This document shows positions 7,848 through 12,378 of a DNA stretch of 12,378 bases, one piece after another (the first letter of the stretch is position 1; each line of letters opens with the position of its first letter). The notes under the pieces are model-generated. The model was not told the DNA's origin and ran no database searches. It was given only the letters and a program-made list of their open reading frames with translations. Source of the stretch: a virus (taxonomy: Duplodnaviria > Heunggongvirae > Uroviricota > Caudoviricetes); IMG/VR virus record IMGVR_UViG_2778261571_000002, positions 1 through 12,378 of that record; one strand, given 5' to 3'. The translations under genes were made by a program, and so were the position numbers.

Positions 7848-9263
7848 TCAACCTACACCACAAGGAATTGAGTAACTGGAATAGTCGGGTTGCGCAGCCG
7901 ACTCCGGGCAATGCATACACATCATCAGCGCATCAGCCAGGTTAGGAGATGGAATACCGAGCTTCTGCTTCATTTCGACCTTAGTCATAAGCTCCAGCTT
8001 CCCGTTATTATTGAATTTGCGCTGAATCTGCGTCAGTTCTGCAAACAGCTTCTCCAGCATCTTCTCGCCTATCGCTTCTTTGTCGAAACTCAGCATGTCG
8101 TCTGGGTCTGCATACTCACCGTGAACAACCGCCCGATATGTCAGATACAGCCTGTCAGCCAGCGCGTAATAGAATTGCGCTCGCTTATTGCGGAATACAT
8201 CGCCAATAGTGCGAACGTTGTCGCCCTGTACGACTTCATCAGCCCATGCTCCGGCCTGATATGGTGCATCTTCATCGAATGGCGATTCGCTGCCCTTGAA
8301 CATCGTGGCGGTGATTTTCTTGCCGGAGAACGCTTCCGTTGTCTGTCTGCGTAGCCCCGCACCGACGCCATCACCATCCCACAGGTAATGGTCAGCGCCG
8401 TCTTCAATCGCCAGCGAAGTAGCCCAGTCAGCACCCTCGTTGATGTCCATCAGCAGACCTTCGGCAATGCGCTTAACTACCGAACCGTGACGCGATGCGT
8501 AACCTTTAGCATCTGGCCCTGTGTCTGATGGGTCATGCGCAGAAACAACCGCACCCTTCGCTTTCCATCCGAGTTTCTTGTGCGCATCGGTTGCGGCTTC
8601 AAGCCATTCTCGTTTGATGATTGCCATATCACTTGCGCTTACCGGCTCACCAAGCCAGATGTGACGATACAGTGTCGGATTTCTGCGTTTACACTCTTCC
8701 ATCTCAAGACGGAGAACTTCAGGAAAATGTGGGTTGTCGGTGTAGTTCACCGTCAGCAGGCAAATATCATCGGGAGGATTTACAACGAATCGCTGATAGG
8801 TATCGTCGAGTATGTTCTTCGGGTTAAAGCTCACCCATATTTCAGAGAACGGCTTACGGATGGTCGGTATCAGGATATCCCATGATTCCTTCGTTACCGC
8901 TTCCGCTTCTTCCACCCAGCAGATATCAATGCCTTCGAGCGATTTAATCTTCGTCGGGTTGTTTTTGATGCCGTAGAACATGAATTCAGCATTTGTTCCG
9001 AGATGACGAATCATTGAACGCTGAATTTCAAACTCAGCCGAATACCCTTCACGCTCGATGGTATCTTCAAGCAACCGGATTACCGAATCGCTGATACTGT
9101 TTTGCAGTTCACGAGCGCAGAGAATACGCACAGGCTGCCGACGTGCCGCCTCAACAAGCAGCCTCGCAATTGCCCATGATTTACCGCTACCTCGACCGCC
9201 TTTGGCGACTTTGTAGCGATGCGCCTCAATGAACGGTTCAAAGATAGGATTAATCGAGGTCAT
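7848..9263 (-). CDS. terminase large subunit (ATPase/nuclease), 471 aa
   Basis: N-terminal Walker A motif VAKGGRGSGKSWA and a Walker B-like run ICWVEEAEA, with a C-terminal region consistent with the terminase nuclease domain. Start overlaps the small terminase stop (ATGA). Size matches Sf6-type TerL. Confidence 0.9.
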   Translation of the reverse strand: MTSINPIFEPFIEAHRYKVAKGGRGSGKSWAIARLLVEAARRQPVRILCARELQNSISDSVIRLLEDTIEREGYSAEFEIQRSMIRHLGTNAEFMFYGIKNNPTKIKSLEGIDICWVEEAEAVTKESWDILIPTIRKPFSEIWVSFNPKNILDDTYQRFVVNPPDDICLLTVNYTDNPHFPEVLRLEMEECKRRNPTLYRHIWLGEPVSASDMAIIKREWLEAATDAHKKLGWKAKGAVVSAHDPSDTGPDAKGYASRHGSVVKRIAEGLLMDINEGADWATSLAIEDGADHYLWDGDGVGAGLRRQTTEAFSGKKITATMFKGSESPFDEDAPYQAGAWADEVVQGDNVRTIGDVFRNKRAQFYYALADRLYLTYRAVVHGEYADPDDMLSFDKEAIGEKMLEKLFAELTQIQRKFNNNGKLELMTKVEMKQKLGIPSPNLADALMMCMHCPESAAQPDYSSYSIPCGVG

Positions 9264-9700
9264 TTTCCGAATAGAGTGCTCATCGGTGATGTTTCAATCT
9301 GGATTGCGCCGCCGTCTTTGCCTGTTAGTTCGTGATCAACCTTGTCGCGCCATTTATCCTTCTGTCGATTCTTAAGCCAGAAGATGGCAGCGGTTGTATC
9401 AGGCGGGTAATACTTCTCAAGCGGAGTTTCGACAATTCTGTTTTCAATAACACGAATATCGATGTCTGGAGCCACGAAGCCCATAGCGCGTTGATAAAGA
9501 CGATCACTAACTTCTGCATCAGCGACGGCCTTACCCTTTTTTATGGACTCCGAAAACTTAGGATAATCAAGCTTCCACTTGTTAATAGTTGACTCACTGA
9601 CTTCAAAGAAATCAGCAAGTTCTGCGTCTGTATAGCCCAGCAAGCACAGTTTGCGTGCCTGTTCGGCATACGCCTCTTGATACTTTGTTGGGCGCGCCAT
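9260..9700 (-). CDS. terminase small subunit (DNA-recognition subunit), 146 aa
   Basis: Immediately upstream of and overlapping TerL. N-terminal helix-turn-helix-like segment (YTDAELADFFEVSESTINKWK) and a C-terminal tail (...GKDGGAIQIETSPMSTLFGK) typical of the TerL-interacting end of P22/Sf6-type small terminases. Confidence 0.7.
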   Translation of the reverse strand: MARPTKYQEAYAEQARKLCLLGYTDAELADFFEVSESTINKWKLDYPKFSESIKKGKAVADAEVSDRLYQRAMGFVAPDIDIRVIENRIVETPLEKYYPPDTTAAIFWLKNRQKDKWRDKVDHELTGKDGGAIQIETSPMSTLFGK

Positions 9701-9702
9701 GT

Positions 9703-9945
9703 TTATGCTCCGGTAGTGAACAGGTCTAACGCTTCCTTCGATTTACGCACTGCTTCGAATGTGCGGATCGTGATATCCGAATTAGCGCCGCCTGACTGGA
9801 AGTGAATTTTGAATAGCTCAAGCTTCAGTTCGTCAGTGCCAATGAACTGAAATGCTTCCTCTGCGGCTGCGTTCTGGTTCATGACCAGCTTGTAAATCTC
9901 TAACTGGAATTTCTGTTCTTCAGTCATGGGAATAATCTCTGCCAT
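9703..9945 (-). CDS. hypothetical protein, 80 aa (P22 ORF80-like position just upstream of the small terminase)
   Basis: Stop lies 3 nt before the TerS start. Same strand and compact spacing. Size and position match the small ORF upstream of gene 3 in P22-like phages. No recognisable motif. Confidence 0.5.
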   Translation of the reverse strand: MAEIIPMTEEQKFQLEIYKLVMNQNAAAEEAFQFIGTDELKLELFKIHFQSGGANSDITIRTFEAVRKSKEALDLFTTGA

Positions 9946-10048
9946 TGTTGGCTCCGTTTATCCGTTAAAAGGGATATCAGTTAAGTTATCCCGTATAGGG
10001 TATAAGCCATTATCAAAGCCACTCTGTAGGGAATGGCTTTTGTAATAA

Positions 10049-10429
10049 CTACTGTTCGCTTAGCTTCTGCTTCAGCAAGTAACCTTCGAGCATCCAGATT
10101 TTGTTTACAGCATTTTGCCGGGCAATCTTCCGACCAATTTCTGCATCAAAGTTTTCCGGGCTTGCACAGGCGCTCTCTCCGGTGACGGTGAAGCCATTCT
10201 TCAGCACCAGTACGCAGAAAGTGAGCAACTTCAATGGTGATAAATCACGATCGCCTTCTTCTGGTTTTTCCCTGCCACAATATTCGTTGCTGGAAATGGC
10301 ACCATTTCGTCCATCATAAGCAGTAAAGTAATGCTCGCTTTTAATCACGTCTTCGATGTGCTGCGGGGTGATTCGCGGTGCCGTTTGGCCTTTCTCAACG
10401 ATTTCTTTTTCGATTTGCTGGTCGTTCAT
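10049..10429 (-). CDS. hypothetical phage protein, 126 aa (possibly N4 gp49 / Sf6 gene 66-like family; unverified)
   Basis: Clean ORF in the same orientation as the flanking late genes, with an AGGG-type RBS region upstream. Family assignment is a guess from position and size. Confidence 0.45.
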   Translation of the reverse strand: MNDQQIEKEIVEKGQTAPRITPQHIEDVIKSEHYFTAYDGRNGAISSNEYCGREKPEEGDRDLSPLKLLTFCVLVLKNGFTVTGESACASPENFDAEIGRKIARQNAVNKIWMLEGYLLKQKLSEQ

Positions 10430-10669
10430 AATTATGACCCTGTGGAGTGGTTGCTTGATTAGGATGTCTTTCCATCAGTCCGCCACCACAAAGAATCTTT
10501 TTTGCCATAAGGCAGGCGGTTCATCTTTCAGTGGCTGCCAGTGTTATTTCCCCACTTTCTGGCTTGGGTTGTTTCGCTGTACTGCCGTAACTGGTTGCCC
10601 AGAATAAATTCCGGTTTCATTATCAAGCCCACCCGTAGATAGGCTTTGTAATGGATAGCTGTTGCTCAG

Positions 10670-11239
10670 TTATCGTAATGCTTTGATTTTTCCGATAACG
10701 CAGTTTTGCGTTTGCCAACAGCACGCGATATCGAGAGTCAACTGCAGTTGCTCGCGCCAGTACTCAACATTTGCTTCAATAACCGGCTTATCCCATCGCC
10801 AGCGAGCCATCTCTCTTGCCCCATTGCTGGCTTTTGATTTCCGGTCATCGCGAATGCGACATGCTTGCTCATATTTCTGCTGCTCAGTCAGTTCACCGCG
10901 AAGCAGACTATCAATGTGCAGGTCGCACCACACAGCAAAACGAGCATCACACCAACGGGCAAATGCAACTGAAAGTTTTGGATGTAGCCACGTACCACCA
11001 CCCCTGTCCTTTCGTGCCTTGCTGGTTTTTACATACCTCGATTGTGAGGGATGTAAAATTTGAGATTCTTTCCCGGTCAACGCTTCGTCTAAAGCACGAA
11101 CGTATTCAAGCGTTTCTGCCAAACGCATCCAGTTATCAATGCGTTTCCCAAATCTCTCAGCAACACCTGTGACGTTGATCCAACCATCAGTGTTGAAACT
11201 GACAATTTCACCTTTGTAATTAAGTGGCACGATATTCAT
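10670..11239 (-). CDS. KilA-N domain-containing protein, 189 aa
   Basis: N-terminal region carries the characteristic KilA-N signature ...GGGTWLHPKLSVAFARWCDARFAVWCDLHIDSLL (compare the GTW[VI]HP.LA..FA.W consensus). AGGTAA RBS about 7 nt upstream of the ATG. Lies between the lysis cassette and the terminase, where P22-like phages carry rha/ORF201-type accessory genes. Confidence 0.6.
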   Translation of the reverse strand: MNIVPLNYKGEIVSFNTDGWINVTGVAERFGKRIDNWMRLAETLEYVRALDEALTGKESQILHPSQSRYVKTSKARKDRGGGTWLHPKLSVAFARWCDARFAVWCDLHIDSLLRGELTEQQKYEQACRIRDDRKSKASNGAREMARWRWDKPVIEANVEYWREQLQLTLDIACCWQTQNCVIGKIKALR

Positions 11240-11344
11240 AACGTTTACCTACCATTTGAAATGAACCTTTGCCGCATAGGAAACCAGCCCACCGAGGCTC
11301 GCCAGCACTAACTGGTATCCTCAAAGGCCCATTCCAAAGGGGCA

Positions 11345-11370
11345 GGTTCGGTGTAAAAAAACATGCGTTG
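11345..11370 (-). terminator. candidate rho-independent terminator (distal of a tandem pair downstream of Rz)
   Basis: Minus strand: AUGCGU-ACCGCA-ACGCAU hairpin (plus arms 11353..11358 and 11365..11370) followed by G and 7 U (plus A-run 11345..11351). The stem is short and AU-containing, so strength is moderate. Confidence 0.5.
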
Positions 11371-11375
11371 CGGTA

Positions 11376-11399
11376 CGCATTTATTGCAAAAAGCCCCGC
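11376..11399 (-). terminator. candidate rho-independent terminator about 40 nt downstream of Rz
   Basis: Minus strand: GCCUCGC-GAU-GCGGGGC (7-bp stem with one G-U pair; plus arms 11383..11389 and 11393..11399) followed by UUUUUGC (plus A-run 11378..11382). Confidence 0.55.
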
Positions 11400-11441
11400 A
11401 TCGCGAGGCTCATTAAATTGACTTTGTGATTTGCAAAAAAA

Positions 11442-11879
11442 TTATTTCAGGCATTGCGTCCTGATGTATTCCTGCAGGTAGTTAACCTGCGCGGTTATCC
11501 TGTCGATTCCACTTCGGAGACGGTAATAATTGAGTTCAGCATCTGCTGTAAGTCTTGGGCTTTCTCCATCGCCCATGCTGCTGGCTCCGGTCGTTGACTT
11601 TGCACAGGTGGCGGCGACTTGCAGGCGCTTACGCCCAGCAGAAACATCAGCACGGAGACTTTCGATAGTCGCGTTAGCATCAGCAAGCTCCTTTGTATAT
11701 CTGACATCGAGTTCTGCTACGTCACGTTGACGCTTCTGCATGTCAGCGATGATGTACGTGGCTTTATCGCGCTGTTCTTTATAGGTAATGGCGTTATCAC
11801 GGTAATGATTAACAGCCCATGACAGGCAGACGATGATGCAGATAACCAGAGCGGAGATAATCGCGGTTACTCTGCTCAT
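11442..11879 (-). CDS. Rz: Rz spanin, inner-membrane subunit (i-spanin), 145 aa
   Basis: N-terminal transmembrane segment [34 protein letters not shown] closely matches lambda Rz as I recall it, followed by a coiled-coil periplasmic domain. Start overlaps the R stop (ATGA). Confidence 0.9.
   Translation of the reverse strand: MSRVTAIISALVICIIVCLSWAVNHYRDNAITYKEQRDKATYIIADMQKRQRDVAELDVRYTKELADANATIESLRADVSAGRKRLQVAATCAKSTTGASSMGDGESPRLTADAELNYYRLRSGIDRITAQVNYLQEYIRTQCLK
11495..11680 (-). CDS. Rz1: Rz1 spanin, outer-membrane lipoprotein subunit (o-spanin), embedded in the +1 frame of Rz
   Basis: Alternate-frame ORF wholly inside Rz. Signal peptide [19 protein letters not shown] with lipobox V-S-A-C, and a short proline-rich mature domain [17 protein letters not shown]..., as in lambda Rz1. 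Start taken at the Met before the hydrophobic core; the track ORF extends upstream to 11707. Confidence 0.75.
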   Translation of the reverse strand: MLTRLSKVSVLMFLLGVSACKSPPPVQSQRPEPAAWAMEKAQDLQQMLNSIITVSEVESTG

Positions 11880-12352
11880 ACCTCAATCTCTCTGACTGTT
11901 CCGCCAGCTTCTTTGAATTTTGCAATCAGGCTGTCAGCCTTATGCTCGAACTGGCCATAACCAGCCCCGGGCAACGAAGCCCAGATATTGCTGCAACGGT
12001 CGATTGCCTGACGAATATCACCGCGATCAATCATCGGCAAAGCGCCACGCTCTTTAATCTGTTGCAATGCCACAGCGTCCTGGCTTTTGGGAGAGAAGTC
12101 TTTCAGGCCAAGCTGCTTGCGGTAGGCATCCCACCAACGGGAAAGAAGCTGGTAGCGTCCGGCGGCTGTTGATTTGAGTTTTGGGTTTAGCGTGACAAGT
12201 TTGCGAGGGTGATCGGAGTAATCAGTGAATAGCTCTCCGCCAACAATGACGTCATAACCATGATTTCTGGTCTTCTGACGTCCGTTATCAGTTCCCTCTG
12301 ACCACGCCAGCATATCGAGGAACGCCTTACGTTGATTATTGATTTCCACCAT
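11876..12352 (-). CDS. R: endolysin, lambda R-type lytic transglycosylase, 158 aa
   Basis: Near-identical along its length to lambda R as I recall it ([51 protein letters not shown]...), including the catalytic Glu in the AWSEGTD motif. Confidence 0.95.
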   Translation of the reverse strand: MVEINNQRKAFLDMLAWSEGTDNGRQKTRNHGYDVIVGGELFTDYSDHPRKLVTLNPKLKSTAAGRYQLLSRWWDAYRKQLGLKDFSPKSQDAVALQQIKERGALPMIDRGDIRQAIDRCSNIWASLPGAGYGQFEHKADSLIAKFKEAGGTVREIEV

Positions 12353-12378
12353 CTTCTACTCCGGCTTTTTTAGCAGCG
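12336..12378 (-). CDS. S: holin S, C-terminal fragment only (gene continues beyond window end)
   Basis: Minus-strand frame reads ...[13 protein letters not shown] with TAA at 12338..12336, matching the lambda S C-terminus (...[13 protein letters not shown]). Overlaps the R start, as in lambda. Confidence 0.7.
   Translation of the reverse strand, partial: AAKKAGVEDGGNQ

Noticed and set aside
10006-10045. GCCATT-N20-AATGGC followed by TTTTGT as a plus-strand intrinsic terminator
   Set aside because: The loop is about 20 nt with a 6-bp AT-containing stem, which is too weak for a confident terminator call, and there is no plus-strand gene upstream for it to terminate. Kept only as a low-interest repeat observation.
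10670-11441. A lambda bor-like lipoprotein gene on the opposite strand downstream of Rz
   Set aside because: In lambda, bor lies just past Rz on the other strand. Here the plus-strand ORFs in this interval show no signal peptide or lipobox and overlap the KilA-N gene, so no bor homologue is supported.
1-12378. CRISPR arrays, tRNA/rRNA genes, integrase or transposase genes
   Set aside because: No regularly spaced direct repeats, no cloverleaf-compatible tRNA-like segments in the short intergenic regions, and no ORF with recombinase or transposase motifs were seen. The window is almost entirely occupied by the late-gene operon.

Overview
The window is a contiguous late-gene block of a tailed-phage genome or prophage, with every supported gene on the minus strand. 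Read in the direction of transcription (high to low coordinates) it holds: the 3' end of a lambda-type S holin, R endolysin, Rz with embedded Rz1, two tandem terminator-like hairpins, three small accessory genes (KilA-N domain protein, a 126-aa protein, an 80-aa protein), then a P22/Sf6-like morphogenesis module (small and large terminase, portal, scaffold, coat, a terminator, a small gp6-like ORF, gp4 adaptor, gp10, gp26 tail needle, and the first codons of a gp14-like gene). The most unusual element is an AT-rich HNH-AP2 homing-endonuclease gene inserted between gp10 and gp26 with essentially no intergenic spacing. I see no rRNA, tRNA, CRISPR array, integrase or transposase, and I do not see a defence-system-like operon. 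All homology statements rest on recalled protein families and motifs read from the translations; no database search was run.
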